Notes under the pieces: model-generated | Database searches by the model: none | What the model saw: only the letters and a program-made list of their open reading frames with translations | Told to the model about the DNA's origin: nothing | Position numbers and translations under genes: made by a program | Part shown: one piece after another, positions 38,888 to 49,670 of the stretch | How positions within the stretch are numbered: the first letter of the stretch is position 1 | Layout of the letters: each line of letters opens with the position of its first letter | Source: an uncultured Gemmatimonadales bacterium | Lineage (GTDB): Bacteria; Gemmatimonadota; Gemmatimonadetes; Gemmatimonadales; GWC2-71-9 | Length of the DNA: 64,000 nt | Assembly (NCBI GenBank): GCA_963728915.1 | Contig: CAVSLV010000004.1 | Span: 416,001 to 480,000 of the forward strand | Reading direction: 5' to 3'

Positions 38888-40153
38888 ATGTGGCCCACCG
38901 GATCAGATCTTCTCAGCCTTCTGCTGGTGCTTGCCCTGACGATGAGTATTGCGGCCGTCGTCGGAATGAGCAGGCTTCCCCGAACCATCAAGGCACTGGT
39001 CGTCATCGCTCTCGCCCTGCGAGTGGCGGGGGCATTCGCCAGGTATCGTATTCTGTTCGGCTTCTATACCGGCACCGGCGACGCTGCCGGCTATTTCGGC
39101 AAGGGCTTGCGGCTTGCCGATCAGATCACGCGGCTTGACTTTGCCGGGATCGCGGCGGTCTTCTCCCCCGCGTCGGGGCACTGGTGGGGCACCAACTTCA
39201 TTTCACTGTCTTCTGGGCTGGTCTTGGCAGCCATTGGCCCTTCAATGATCGGTACATTCATCGTATTCGGGCTTCTGTCTTTCCTCGGTCTTGTGGGATT
39301 CGCGATTGCGTTCAAGCGCGCCTTCCCAGGCAACGACTTGTCACGCTACCTGAAATGGATATGGCTCTTTCCCTCGCTCTGGTTCTGGCCTTCGAGTTTG
39401 GGAAAGGATGCGCTGGTGCTTCTGGGAATCGGCCTGGCGGTCTGGGGGTTTGGCTATCAGCGGGACCGAGTGCACTGGATACTGCTGTCGCTGGGTGTTG
39501 CTCTGGTTTTCGTGATCAGGCCTCAGGTCGCAGCGGTTCTGCTGGTCTGCCTCCTGTTTGGCTACTGGATTGCGAATTGGAAGCAGCTGGCTTCGACCCG
39601 AATCATTCAGGGAACTGTCTTTGTGCTTGGCGGCGCCATTGCCATATGGATTTCCCTTCAGCAAATCGGCGTAGAGGGTTTCGACATCGAGGGCGCTCAG
39701 AGCTATTTGGCGGGCACGGTTCGTTCTGAAGGGGGAAGCCGGATCGCTATGACCGGTGCTGGCTTGGGAAGCGCGCCAATGGCCATGATCAATGTGCTGT
39801 TTCGACCATTCTTATGGGAGAGCCGCAATATCGTCCAGGCCCTCTCTTCACTCGAGCTCTGCGTGCTCTGGGCGCTCGTTCTCTTCCGAGCCCCGTCCCT
39901 GCTTCGTGGTGTAATGGGATGGCGCAAGAACAAGCTGATCGGTGCAACGGTGCCGTTTCTTATAATCTACTCGACAACCCTTGGCATGGGCGTGGCAAAC
40001 CTGGGAATTATCGCGAGACAGCGGATCTTCCTGTTTCCATTTCTCTTTCTCTTGGTTGAATCCGGAAGCAAGAGAGTGAGGGAGCTCAGCACCCAGGTCG
40101 AGCAATCTGCTTCGCGGAATGCTTTGCGGGAACGGCGCGTGGCCCTTGTCTAG
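38888..40153 (+). CDS. polytopic membrane protein, putative Wzy-like polymerase
   Basis: About 10 TM segments, PSLWFWPSSLGKD, IRPQ, LFRPFLWE, NLGIIARQR. Confidence 0.6.
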   Translation: MWPTGSDLLSLLLVLALTMSIAAVVGMSRLPRTIKALVVIALALRVAGAFARYRILFGFYTGTGDAAGYFGKGLRLADQITRLDFAGIAAVFSPASGHWWGTNFISLSSGLVLAAIGPSMIGTFIVFGLLSFLGLVGFAIAFKRAFPGNDLSRYLKWIWLFPSLWFWPSSLGKDALVLLGIGLAVWGFGYQRDRVHWILLSLGVALVFVIRPQVAAVLLVCLLFGYWIANWKQLASTRIIQGTVFVLGGAIAIWISLQQIGVEGFDIEGAQSYLAGTVRSEGGSRIAMTGAGLGSAPMAMINVLFRPFLWESRNIVQALSSLELCVLWALVLFRAPSLLRGVMGWRKNKLIGATVPFLIIYSTTLGMGVANLGIIARQRIFLFPFLFLLVESGSKRVRELSTQVEQSASRNALRERRVALV

Positions 40154-41156
40154 CAAACCCGGTGCACTTGTCCTCTCCCTGGACTTCGAGCTCCATTGGG
40201 GTGTACGGGATCATGCCCGGCCAGTGAGCCCGTACGCCAGGAATCTGTTGGGCGCACGGGCGGCCATCCCGAGGATACTCGAGCTCCTCGAATCGTTCGA
40301 GATCGCCGCGACCTGGGCGGTTGTCGGGTTCCTCTTCGCCCACGATCGGGCAGAGCTGGAGGCCACGCGGCCCAATGTCCGACCAAGGTATACCGACGGG
40401 AATCTGGATCCGTACTCTGAATCGGTGGGATGGGACGAAGCTGCCGATCCCTTTCATTATGCGCCAAGCCTGATCCAGCTCATCAGGCGAACCCCGTATC
40501 AGGAGATCGGCACCCATACATGGTCCCACTACTACTGCACCGAGCGCGGTCAAACGACAGACTCATTCCAAGCGGATCTGGCTAGTGCGCTGGCGATTCA
40601 CACCGCCAACGGCCTTCCGATCCGCTCGATTGTATTCCCGCGAAACCAGCACAATCCGGAGTACGACCAGATCCTCAGGGAAGCGGGGATCGCCGCTTAC
40701 CGCGGCAACCCTGATACCACACTCTGGCGAACGACCGCGGCCTCAGGTACAACGAGGATAGCACGGCTGCTGGACGCTTACTTCCCATTCGATGGGGACG
40801 GCACCTATTCGTGGAATGATGTGAAAGTAGACAACGGACTGGCGAACGTGCGAGCCAGCCGGTTTCTTCGCCCTTGGAGCTCAGCGGGCCTGGCGTTCGA
40901 ACACCGGCGCATGAATCGCATTACCGACGGGCTGGCCGCCGCGGCGGAACGAGGACGTCTATATCATCTGTGGTGGCACCCTCACAATTTCGGCCGCCAC
41001 CTGGATCAGAACCTTGGTGTGCTCCGCCACATCCTGGAACAATTCGCGAAGCTGCGGGAACGGACCGGCATGCTTTCGCTTAACATGTACGATACGGCGA
41101 CAATGGCGTTGACGTCAAACAGAATCAGGGAGCCGGAATGCGCCTTCTCCACCTGA
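40119..41156 (+). CDS. polysaccharide deacetylase family protein
   Basis: SLDFELHWG, ATWAVVG, EIGTHTWSH, VFPRNQ, HLWWHPHNFG. Confidence 0.88.
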   Translation: MLCGNGAWPLSSKPGALVLSLDFELHWGVRDHARPVSPYARNLLGARAAIPRILELLESFEIAATWAVVGFLFAHDRAELEATRPNVRPRYTDGNLDPYSESVGWDEAADPFHYAPSLIQLIRRTPYQEIGTHTWSHYYCTERGQTTDSFQADLASALAIHTANGLPIRSIVFPRNQHNPEYDQILREAGIAAYRGNPDTTLWRTTAASGTTRIARLLDAYFPFDGDGTYSWNDVKVDNGLANVRASRFLRPWSSAGLAFEHRRMNRITDGLAAAAERGRLYHLWWHPHNFGRHLDQNLGVLRHILEQFAKLRERTGMLSLNMYDTATMALTSNRIREPECAFST

Positions 41157-42325
41157 CGACGGTTCCCATGACCCTGCGATTCCTCAAGGGCCAGCCCGCC
41201 TTCATGCGGTTGAGAGGGATCGACACCGTGGTGGTATCCTCGCCGGGTGAAGAGCTGGGGCAGTTTGGCCAGGAGGAGCATGTTCCGGTTCATGCCGTCG
41301 AAATGCGACGGCAGATTACACCCTTGCGAGACCTGGCTGCGCTCGGAAGGCTCGTCAGGGTCATTCGTTCGGTTCGGCCGAACATCCTCCACGCGCATAC
41401 GCCCAAGGCCGGGCTCCTCGGCATGGTGGCAGGAGCGCTAGCTCGTGTGCCGATCAGGATCTACCACATGCGCGGACTTCCATTTACAGGTGCCACTGGG
41501 GTTCGCCGAAAACTTCTTCTTCGAACCGAGCAGACCTCGTGTCGGCTTGCTACTCGGGTAATCTGCGTCAGCCACTCTCTGCGTCAGACGGCCCTGAGGT
41601 ATGGTATCAGCACCGCACCAAAGACCGTAGTCCTCGCCTCCGGCAGCGGGCAGGGGGTGGATGCGGCCAACCGCTTCAACCCTCAGCGGCTTTCAGGTGC
41701 GCGTGAGATGGGACGGAATCGGCTCATGATCCCGCCTGATGCGCTCGTAATCGGATTCGTCGGGCGAGTGGTGTGCGACAAGGGCATTCCGGAGCTCGCC
41801 GAGGCTTGGCTGAAGATACGTGCTCATTGGCCTGCCTCCTATCTGATCCTGGCCGGCCCTATTGAGCCACAAGATCAGGTGCCACCCGCCATTCTTGCTG
41901 TACTTGGGCAGGATCCGAGAGTTAGACTGATCGGAATGCTCCCTGATCCTGCCTCGGTTTATCCCGCGTTCGATCTTCTCGTACTTCCGAGTCGGCGAGA
42001 AGGCTTTCCCAATGTGACACTCGAAGCGGCGGCCATGTCGCTACCGGTCGTCACCACCCGAATACCGGGATGCACTGAAGCGGTGGTGGATGGTGAAACC
42101 GGTACTCTGGTATCGCCGGGAGAACCAGTGGAACTGGCCCATGCTATTGAACGGTACCTGGCAAAACCGGTCTTACGAGAACAGCACGGTGAAGCGGGCC
42201 GGACTCGAGTTCTCGCGAGGTTTCGTCCCGAAATCATATGGGAAGCGCTGTTCCGTCAGTACCTGGAGCTTGCCGGGCCCATTTCCCAGGGCCACCTCCG
42301 TCAATCACTGGTGGAAGTCGCATGA
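41138..42325 (+). CDS. GT4 glycosyltransferase (CapM-like)
   Basis: HAHTPKAGLLG, GRVVCDKG, REGFPNVTLEA. Confidence 0.9.
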   Translation: MRLLHLTTVPMTLRFLKGQPAFMRLRGIDTVVVSSPGEELGQFGQEEHVPVHAVEMRRQITPLRDLAALGRLVRVIRSVRPNILHAHTPKAGLLGMVAGALARVPIRIYHMRGLPFTGATGVRRKLLLRTEQTSCRLATRVICVSHSLRQTALRYGISTAPKTVVLASGSGQGVDAANRFNPQRLSGAREMGRNRLMIPPDALVIGFVGRVVCDKGIPELAEAWLKIRAHWPASYLILAGPIEPQDQVPPAILAVLGQDPRVRLIGMLPDPASVYPAFDLLVLPSRREGFPNVTLEAAAMSLPVVTTRIPGCTEAVVDGETGTLVSPGEPVELAHAIERYLAKPVLREQHGEAGRTRVLARFRPEIIWEALFRQYLELAGPISQGHLRQSLVEVA

Positions 42326-42900
42326 AGCGGGGCATTGATGTGCTGGTCTCCTTTTTTGGGATCGTCGTGCTGTCGCCGTTCTTGTTTCTGATCGGTGTCT
42401 TGATCCGATCGAGAATGGGCTCACCGGTCTTATATAGGCAGACCCGCACTGGGCTTCACGGCAAGCGATTTCAATTGCTGAAATTCCGCACCATGCGGCT
42501 AGTGCCTGGGGACGATGCTGCGCGGATCACAAGACTGGGAGGGTGGTTGCGGGTAACTTCCTTGGATGAGCTGCCTCAATTCTGGAACGTGCTCAGGGGA
42601 GACATGTCCCTGATTGGGCCGCGTCCGCTGCTTCCTGACTATTTGCCGAAGTACAGCCTGCGGCAAGCCAAGCGTCACGAGGTCAGACCTGGCATAACGG
42701 GCTGGGCCCAGGTCAACGGGCGCAACGCGGCAAGTTGGGACGAACGTCTGGAGCTCGATGTGTGGTATGTGGAGCATCGTTCTATCTCCCTCGACCTGAG
42801 AATCTTCCTTCGGACGCTCCGAACGATCCTGAAGCGAGAAGGCATCTCTCAGGCAGGCCATGCGACCATGCCTCCTTTTCCGGGGTCCTCCCATGGCTGA
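42322..42900 (+). CDS. phosphoglycosyl transferase (PglC/EpsL-like sugar transferase)
   Basis: KRGIDV, KFRTM, SLDELPQFWNVLRGDMSLIGPRP, RPGITGWAQVNGRN. Confidence 0.92.
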   Translation: MKRGIDVLVSFFGIVVLSPFLFLIGVLIRSRMGSPVLYRQTRTGLHGKRFQLLKFRTMRLVPGDDAARITRLGGWLRVTSLDELPQFWNVLRGDMSLIGPRPLLPDYLPKYSLRQAKRHEVRPGITGWAQVNGRNAASWDERLELDVWYVEHRSISLDLRIFLRTLRTILKREGISQAGHATMPPFPGSSHG

Positions 42901-43519
42901 GCGCTGGATCGTCTGGGGAGCTGGCGGACATGGGGCCGTTGTGGCCGAAGCCATCCGTGCTGCAGGTGATGAGGTAGCCGGATTTGCCGATTTACACCCT
43001 CCAGACGAGACTTGTCTTGCTGAGTCGGAACTGGTTCAGGCGCTTTTGCGCCACGAGCTGCCGTTGGGGGCCACACGCGTCGCATTGGGCATTGGATCCA
43101 ACCAGGCGCGAGAACGGGCCTGGCGACTCCTCCCGGCCAAGCTCGCACCCCCGGTCATCCACCCCTTTGCATGGTGCTCTCCAAGTGCACGGATTGGTCC
43201 TGGAACCGTTGTATTGCCTCAAGCGGTCATCAATCCCAGGGTCACGGTTGGGGAGGCCACAATCGTGAACTCAGGATCTATTGTAGAGCATGATTGTGTG
43301 CTCGGAACAGCATGCCACGTGTCTCCGGGGGCGGTATTGGCTGGTGAGGTGAGTCTGGGAGCGAGGGCTTGGGTGGGAGCTCGGGCAGTCATCCTGCCAC
43401 GCCGGAGCATTGGGCAGGATGTGATCATTGGTGCTGGTGCAGTGGTCACGAGGGACGTCGAACGCGGGGCTACGGTAGTCGGGAACCCGGCGCGACAACT
43501 GGAAGGAAAGGTTCTGTGA
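42893..43519 (+). CDS. sugar N/O-acetyltransferase (PglD/NeuD family)
   Basis: GAGGHG, hexapeptide repeats, IVEHDC, VVGNPAR. Confidence 0.9.
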   Translation: MAERWIVWGAGGHGAVVAEAIRAAGDEVAGFADLHPPDETCLAESELVQALLRHELPLGATRVALGIGSNQARERAWRLLPAKLAPPVIHPFAWCSPSARIGPGTVVLPQAVINPRVTVGEATIVNSGSIVEHDCVLGTACHVSPGAVLAGEVSLGARAWVGARAVILPRRSIGQDVIIGAGAVVTRDVERGATVVGNPARQLEGKVL

Positions 43520-43634
43520 GCCAGCGCCTGATCCGGAACCTCATGGTGGCAAGCTTCTGGTCCTAATGTTTGGCAACACCTCCAAGAACGCCCGTCTGCC
43601 AAGCCTCCCAGAAGATCTTGAGCATCGCGGCGAC

Positions 43635-44120
43635 ATCGATGGTCGCGTTCTCCACCGGTTTGCATGGTCGGATGAAATCGAGCTGCACCCCTCGTAGATA
43701 GGCCCAGTCCTCGAGCGCCCGCGAAGTGACCTCGGCCGCCACGTCCCGTCCCCCGATCACCAGCGCGGGCTCTAGCACGGGACTCTCGCGACTCCACTGA
43801 TCGACCACCGGGAACACACGAAACGGTCGGCCATCGGCGCGCTGATTATGGACAAAATCAATGCTCCAACGCTGGGGACCGGACGGGATCAGGGCCGGTC
43901 CGCGGTGGAGCGCCATGTGTTTGCGTCGGCGGACGCGCATGCGGACCTGCCGCTCGTCGAGTCGGTAGAGCCGGCGTACTCGCTTCTTGTTCACCAGCCA
44001 GCCTTCGCGGCGCTACAGCACCCAGACCCGATTGTAGCCGAACCGCGGCCGCGCGTGCGCCAACTCAGTGATCCGAAGCCGCAAGGCGGACTGATCCTGC
44101 GCTGTGCCGCGTTTGTACCA
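43635..44120 (-). mobile_element. IS3-family transposase OrfB remnant
   Basis: RPRFGY.RVWVL*RREGWLVNKKRVRRLYR, WSIDFVH...DGRPFR...VDQWSRE, FIRPCKPVENA; in-frame stop and deletion. Confidence 0.85.
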
Positions 44121-44169
44121 GCCTGCAGGCTGAAGCGGATGTACGCATTGCACTGGAGAACGCCGCCAA

Positions 44170-44360
44170 GTGCGCCGGGCCAGTGTGATCGAACGATTGT
44201 CGCGCGCGCGGCCTTCTATCGGCCGTCAGAGCCTGACCGGAGCACGATGCCGAGGTGATCGCCGCTTTGCAGGGGTGGTGCCCGAGGACGCCCGATGGGG
44301 CCTTTGGGACTGCTACGACCGGTTGCTGACGGCTGGCTATCGCTGGAATCACAAGCGGCC
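44170..44360 (+). mobile_element. second IS3-family OrfB N-terminal remnant, opposite strand
   Basis: DAEVIAAL...RWGLWDCYDRL..GYRWNHKR, frameshifted. Confidence 0.7.
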
Positions 44361-44847
44361 CGCATCCAGAAGTTTACGTTCCGATTCTCCATCAACTGAA
44401 ACCTAGGAATTGAATCAAGCATTTATGTCGTGCTGGTCATCGAACGGCGAGCACGAATGCCCCACCCTCAGCAGAAGCCCAGGTGCTCCAGCTCGCTCAT
44501 GATCAGCGAGAACCGAAAAAGGATCCGGTTCTCGTTCGCGAAGGCGACGAGTTTGGCGACTTAGCAGGGAGCTAGCAGGCTCCCTCATAGTTGCGTTTTG
44601 CAGATGACGACTCCTTGATGATTCGGCTGCAGTTCTACGCATTACTCTGCATGGTTTAACTAGATGATCTAAAACAACCAAATAGGTGCGTCGCGGTGGC
44701 AGAATAGATCACTCGTCTGTCAAGAAAGCGAACGCAGTGCTGGATATTGCTTTGCCCGCTTCTTGCTCATCTCCCTGAGCGCCCGGTCGGGCCGGAACAA
44801 ATTCCGGTTTCGACGGCTTCACCACTGACTCAGGGACTGCTGGCACC

Positions 44848-47832
44848 ATGACCTTCCTGCATCGGCTCGCGCAACGAATCGCGCGCTTCAAGACTCCCAC
44901 GATCGCACTTGCCGCCATTGCCTTGGGTTGCTCCCAGGGCGAGCGCACGGATTTCCTTTCTCCAGTTCCTGCCAACACCACGCCCCAACTCCAATCGATA
45001 CAAATCTCTCCCAGGATTGCCGTCGTTCAAGCGGAAATCGAGTTCCGGTTCACCGCAACCACGTTGAACACGTCGGGCGCGACGATGTCCGCCCCGGTCG
45101 ACTGGACCGCGGAATCCGGGACGATTTCCAGCGAAGGCCGATTCGTCGGGGTCGTCCCCGGTCCGGTCCGGGTCACGGTGCGATCTCATGACCGGCCCGA
45201 GCTTTCCGATGTCGCGGTGATCGCGGTCTGGCAGAACGAGACCGATCCAACCGGCATTTCGGTCCAGCCCGCCGAGATCACGCTGGAAGAGGGTGACAGC
45301 CTGACCTTCACCGCCTTTCTCAACCTAGCGAACGGGGTCCAGGCCGCAGGCGCCACGGTCGATTGGAGCGCCACCGGCGGCCAGATCAATTCCTCCGGCT
45401 ACTTCGTCGCAGCCACCGCAGGCGACTATCTGGTGAAGGCTCAGACCAGCAATGGGTATTCCGGGTCCGCCCGGGTTCGGGTCACCAAGCGCACTTCCGA
45501 GGTGGCAAGTGTGACGATCAGCCCCAAGACCGCCCGACTCGCGCCGAGTCAGGGGACTCAGTTTACGGCGAACACGTACTTCACCGATGGCAAGACAATT
45601 CCGGCGACCTACCTCTGGTCGACCAATGGGGGTTCGGTGACCCAGACCGGGACCTACCTGGCGCCGTCCGTCGAAGGGACCTATCGAGTCATCGTCGTCG
45701 GTGTCGCGAATCTCGCCGATACCGCGATCGTCACCGTGGTCCAGCAGGCACCTACCCTCGCCTCGCTCCGGATCTCCCCCAACCCCGTGTCGATTCAGGC
45801 GAGCGGGGCCCAGCAGTTCTCCGTGGCCGGAACCATGTCCGACGGTAGCGCTGGCCAGCCAGCGGTCACCTGGAGCTCAACGGGTGGCAGCATCTCGGCG
45901 AGCGGCCGATACAACGCTGGCTCGGTCCCAGGGACCTACCGGGTCGTCGCCAGGCAGCAGGGTGGGTCTCTGGCGGATACCTCCGTGGTGACGATCCAGC
46001 CACCGGCCGTAGTGGCACTGGCGGTGTCTCCCAGATCGACCTCGTTGCAACCGGGAACCTCGCAGCAGTTCACCGCGAGTGCCACCTGGTCCAATGGATC
46101 AACGACGCTTCCTCCCCTGACCTGGGCGGCGACCGGTGGATCGGTGTCCTCAAATGGCAGTTTCACGGCGGGAACTTCCGGCGGCACCTACCAGGTGTCC
46201 GTGGCCGGCGGCGGACTGACCGACCAGGCGACGGTCAATGTTGGTGCACCCGTGGTCCTGGTTTCCTTGAGCGTGAGCCCCAAACCGGCCCAGCTCGCCA
46301 CCGGCGGGACGCTGCAGTTCTCGGCCGAGGCTCTCTGGTCCGACGGAACGAACGCCCTGCCCGCCATTTCGTGGTCGGCGACCGGCGGGACGATCAGTTC
46401 GAACGGTCTGTATAGCGCAGGTAGCTCGACCGGCGCCTATCACGTCATCGCGAACGGGGGCAGCCGGGCCGATACGGTTGCAGTGACCCTGACGGCTCAG
46501 CCCAGCAGCCCGACGCTGACCGGGATCACTATCGCGCCGAAGAATGTGTCGCTGAGCGCCAGCGCCACCCAGCAGTTCAGCGCGACCGGCGTCTGGGCGG
46601 GTGGCACGGGAACAATGCCAGCGATCACCTGGTCGGCGACTGGCGGCGCAATCAACGCCAGTGGGTTCTATGCGGCCGGGGCGATTCCCGGGAGCTACCG
46701 GGTGATTGTCACCGGGGGAGGGAAGGCGGACACCGCGGCGGTAACCGTAAATTCGACGGGAAGTTCTGTCTACGTCGTTCCCGAGAGCATCGACCATACA
46801 GGAGTTGACGACGTGACCGACCAGCTCACCGCGTTTTTTGCGTCGGTACCGGACGGGTCCGTCATCGCCTTTCAGGCCGGAGGCAGATACCGGGTGGAAG
46901 GCACACTGTGGCTTGCCGATCGGCACAGAATCACAATCGACGGGAACGGCGCCACCATCATCGCTGAGACTGATGGAAGCGGAGTAACTCCCCCGGATGC
47001 CCTCAAACACGGTTGGCCCAGGCAACGGCAGCACTTGCTGTTTACCGGCGGCGAGGACATCGCGGTCCGGAATCTCACGATCCACGGTGCGAATCCTCAT
47101 GCCGGGCTCGGCGATTCGGCCTATGTGGCCTCTCTTGAGGCGCAGCACGGGCTGGCGTTCCTGGGTGTACGCGGAGTTCGAATTACCGGGGTGGACGTCT
47201 CGGACGTGTACGGTGACTTTGTGTATCTCGGCATTAACGGTACCGGTGCAGGCGAATGGACACACGACGTCCACCTCTCGGATTTCCGGTTTGAACGTAG
47301 TGGTCGCCAAGGTGTTTCTGTAACTGGTGCCGACTCGGTGGTCATAGAAGACGGCTATATCGGCGACGTCCGGCGTTCCGCCATCGACCTCGAACCGAAC
47401 ACCGCCGCCGGCGGCGCGACGCACATCACATTCAGGCGTGTGACTTTTGGGCGGCATCGCCTCAACTGGCTTGCGTCGGGCGGCGCGGGACCGAGCGTTG
47501 GAAACGTTGTCTTCGAAGACAACAGGTTGGTTGGAGCGCAGTTCAAGGTCTTTGTTGGCGCCTCCGACGGCGCCCGGCGAGGACCGTTCAGGTTTGTCGG
47601 CAATGTGGGCGACACCGGCGACGGGAATCCGCAGGGCGTGATCATGCAATTCCACTGGGTCGATGGGCTCACGGTGCTGGACAACTACACTCCTCTCCAG
47701 AGGTTGCGGAACATGGCGTTAGTCGGTGCGTGGCAGTCCTGTGGCCTCGATGTTCGTGGTAACTCCGGGCCGGAAATGGTTCAGGAGTTGAGAATCTTCG
47801 AACCATGCCCGGTGGAACAAGACCAGCCTTGA
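44848..47832 (+). CDS. lipoprotein with 7 Ig-like (Big_2-type) repeats and C-terminal right-handed parallel beta-helix
   Basis: IALG-C lipobox; repeats xxxISP...QFTA...WSATGG.I...G.Y.A; then DVYGDFVY, GRQGVSV, IDLEPN. Confidence 0.8.
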   Translation: MTFLHRLAQRIARFKTPTIALAAIALGCSQGERTDFLSPVPANTTPQLQSIQISPRIAVVQAEIEFRFTATTLNTSGATMSAPVDWTAESGTISSEGRFVGVVPGPVRVTVRSHDRPELSDVAVIAVWQNETDPTGISVQPAEITLEEGDSLTFTAFLNLANGVQAAGATVDWSATGGQINSSGYFVAATAGDYLVKAQTSNGYSGSARVRVTKRTSEVASVTISPKTARLAPSQGTQFTANTYFTDGKTIPATYLWSTNGGSVTQTGTYLAPSVEGTYRVIVVGVANLADTAIVTVVQQAPTLASLRISPNPVSIQASGAQQFSVAGTMSDGSAGQPAVTWSSTGGSISASGRYNAGSVPGTYRVVARQQGGSLADTSVVTIQPPAVVALAVSPRSTSLQPGTSQQFTASATWSNGSTTLPPLTWAATGGSVSSNGSFTAGTSGGTYQVSVAGGGLTDQATVNVGAPVVLVSLSVSPKPAQLATGGTLQFSAEALWSDGTNALPAISWSATGGTISSNGLYSAGSSTGAYHVIANGGSRADTVAVTLTAQPSSPTLTGITIAPKNVSLSASATQQFSATGVWAGGTGTMPAITWSATGGAINASGFYAAGAIPGSYRVIVTGGGKADTAAVTVNSTGSSVYVVPESIDHTGVDDVTDQLTAFFASVPDGSVIAFQAGGRYRVEGTLWLADRHRITIDGNGATIIAETDGSGVTPPDALKHGWPRQRQHLLFTGGEDIAVRNLTIHGANPHAGLGDSAYVASLEAQHGLAFLGVRGVRITGVDVSDVYGDFVYLGINGTGAGEWTHDVHLSDFRFERSGRQGVSVTGADSVVIEDGYIGDVRRSAIDLEPNTAAGGATHITFRRVTFGRHRLNWLASGGAGPSVGNVVFEDNRLVGAQFKVFVGASDGARRGPFRFVGNVGDTGDGNPQGVIMQFHWVDGLTVLDNYTPLQRLRNMALVGAWQSCGLDVRGNSGPEMVQELRIFEPCPVEQDQP

Positions 47833-48232
47833 AAAACCGCAAGGACCCTTGAGGAGCTTCTTCCCCCCCGTATTGGCGGCTTGCACTCGATGGGCGCCGG
47901 TGGTTCCGGGCGCGCAAGGCCTGAGGTAGCGACTCCCGATCATATCACGTCCGCCAATAGGTACTTCCGGCCCTGGAAGAGTGCCCTTGAGGAGGAGTTG
48001 AGGGCGAAGGGGGTTCAGTTTTCTGTTGTAGCCGAACACGAAATACCCGCAGAGGATGTCCACCAGACGGCCTCAAATGACTCTCACTGCCCACAGCGAC
48101 TGCGGATTGGCTCTGTGAGTGTGATGAAGGAGGTCCGCTCCATAATTGAAGGCCGGACTACTCATCATCATTCGTTCCCTTCCGGGTCGCCTGACCTTGA
48201 CCAACCTGGGAGGCAGAGTCGATGCGCGACAG

Positions 48233-49462
48233 TCAGTGGATCAGGTGCAACGACTGCAGTCGCTGAAGAATACGCTCAAGCTGAGTGTCCCAGGTGCCCG
48301 TGCGGCGGATTAGAGTTTCGCCGGCTGCGCCAATGGCCTTAGCCAGCGAAGGTTGTGAGGCAAGAGTGTTCATCTGTGCAGCAAGCCGGCCGGAATCACG
48401 TGCAGGATAAAGGAGGGCGGTAGCCTCGTGACGAAGAAGACGTGCCATCTCACCGACCGCGGCTGCAATCACTGGCTTCCCACAGAGCATATATTCGCGA
48501 AGCTTGAGCGGCGAATAGTGAAACGCCTTTTCGTCGCCTGCGGTGACGATGCCGACATCAAAAGAGGCGATCCATTCGGGCATGGCGAGGTGTGATACGG
48601 GACCCGCGAAAACGATCCCTCTGGTGATTCCTAGGCGCTGCGCTTGGACTTCTAGCGGAGCCTTTTCCGGGCCGTCACCCACGAGGAGAAGGCGTGAGTG
48701 TGGATAGAGCTCCAGGTGCGCCGCGAATGCTGCAAGCGCGATGTCCGCGCCATGGAATTTGCGAAAGCTGCCTGTCCAGCCGAAAACAAAAGCATTGTCT
48801 AATTCCAGCCGTCGACGAATGGTCGCGCCAGACACTGCAGGGGAAAACCGGGTGCCGTCGACTGCCATCGGGGACACGATAATTCGTTGTGATTGGAGGC
48901 CGAAGCGCATCAGTTCTCCCGCTACTTCATCCGACACGCAGGCGACCAGGTCCGATGCCATCAACTGAGGCTTCTCTCCCAGCCTCTCGAGGGCGGGGCC
49001 CCATATCGGCCTGGTAACGCCCCACCGTTTGGCTTCCCACACAACAGGGGCGTGGACATATGACACGACCGGACAGCCTATGCGCCGGCCGGTGCGAATG
49101 CCCGCGCGCGCCCACAAATCGTGGCTCTGCCAAACAAGTGCCACGTGCTCACCGATCCATGGGCCGCTCTTGAGCTCCCGCGCACGATGGCATCTATACC
49201 ACGAATGGAGATCTTTGGCAGCAGTAACGGCAATAGTCGGGAGACGCAGGCGGCGCGGAGGCGCAGCACTGGTTTCCGCTGGAACCGTATGGGGCAAGAT
49301 TTCCTCGGGCTCAAGAACCCTATCGGGTGTCACAACAAGGCCTCGGCCGAATCGACGCTTGGCCGCCGCTGCCCAACCGGCAACAGTTATCCATAGAGCA
49401 GTCGCGTTTCGCCAGGCGGTCAGCGGACGTGGCATTACGAATAGCGCTGTCAATGGTCGCAT
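48233..49462 (-). CDS. GT4 glycosyltransferase
   Basis: GSFRKFHG, VGDGP, SPLKLREYM. Confidence 0.85.
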   Translation of the reverse strand: MRPLTALFVMPRPLTAWRNATALWITVAGWAAAAKRRFGRGLVVTPDRVLEPEEILPHTVPAETSAAPPRRLRLPTIAVTAAKDLHSWYRCHRARELKSGPWIGEHVALVWQSHDLWARAGIRTGRRIGCPVVSYVHAPVVWEAKRWGVTRPIWGPALERLGEKPQLMASDLVACVSDEVAGELMRFGLQSQRIIVSPMAVDGTRFSPAVSGATIRRRLELDNAFVFGWTGSFRKFHGADIALAAFAAHLELYPHSRLLLVGDGPEKAPLEVQAQRLGITRGIVFAGPVSHLAMPEWIASFDVGIVTAGDEKAFHYSPLKLREYMLCGKPVIAAAVGEMARLLRHEATALLYPARDSGRLAAQMNTLASQPSLAKAIGAAGETLIRRTGTWDTQLERILQRLQSLHLIH

Positions 49463-49670
49463 GTGAAGTGAACGAGACTCCTGTGGAGTGGCGGTACCCG
49501 GCCAGAATCGCCCATCCGACTCTCTGGTTTCGGCTTCAACACACTCGCCAACCCCCTGCGCGGCTGCTCGCGCGTCGCTCGTAGACGATGTCGAAGAAGC
49601 CCATCCGTCCTCGCTTTCATCGAACTGATCGAGCACCGGAATCCGGCGCATCAGTTGTCGTCTCCAAATG

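Noticed and set aside
47833..48232. Short ORFs between the Ig-repeat gene and the convergent GT4
   Set aside because: No recognisable motif or RBS; possibly a gene remnant but unsupported
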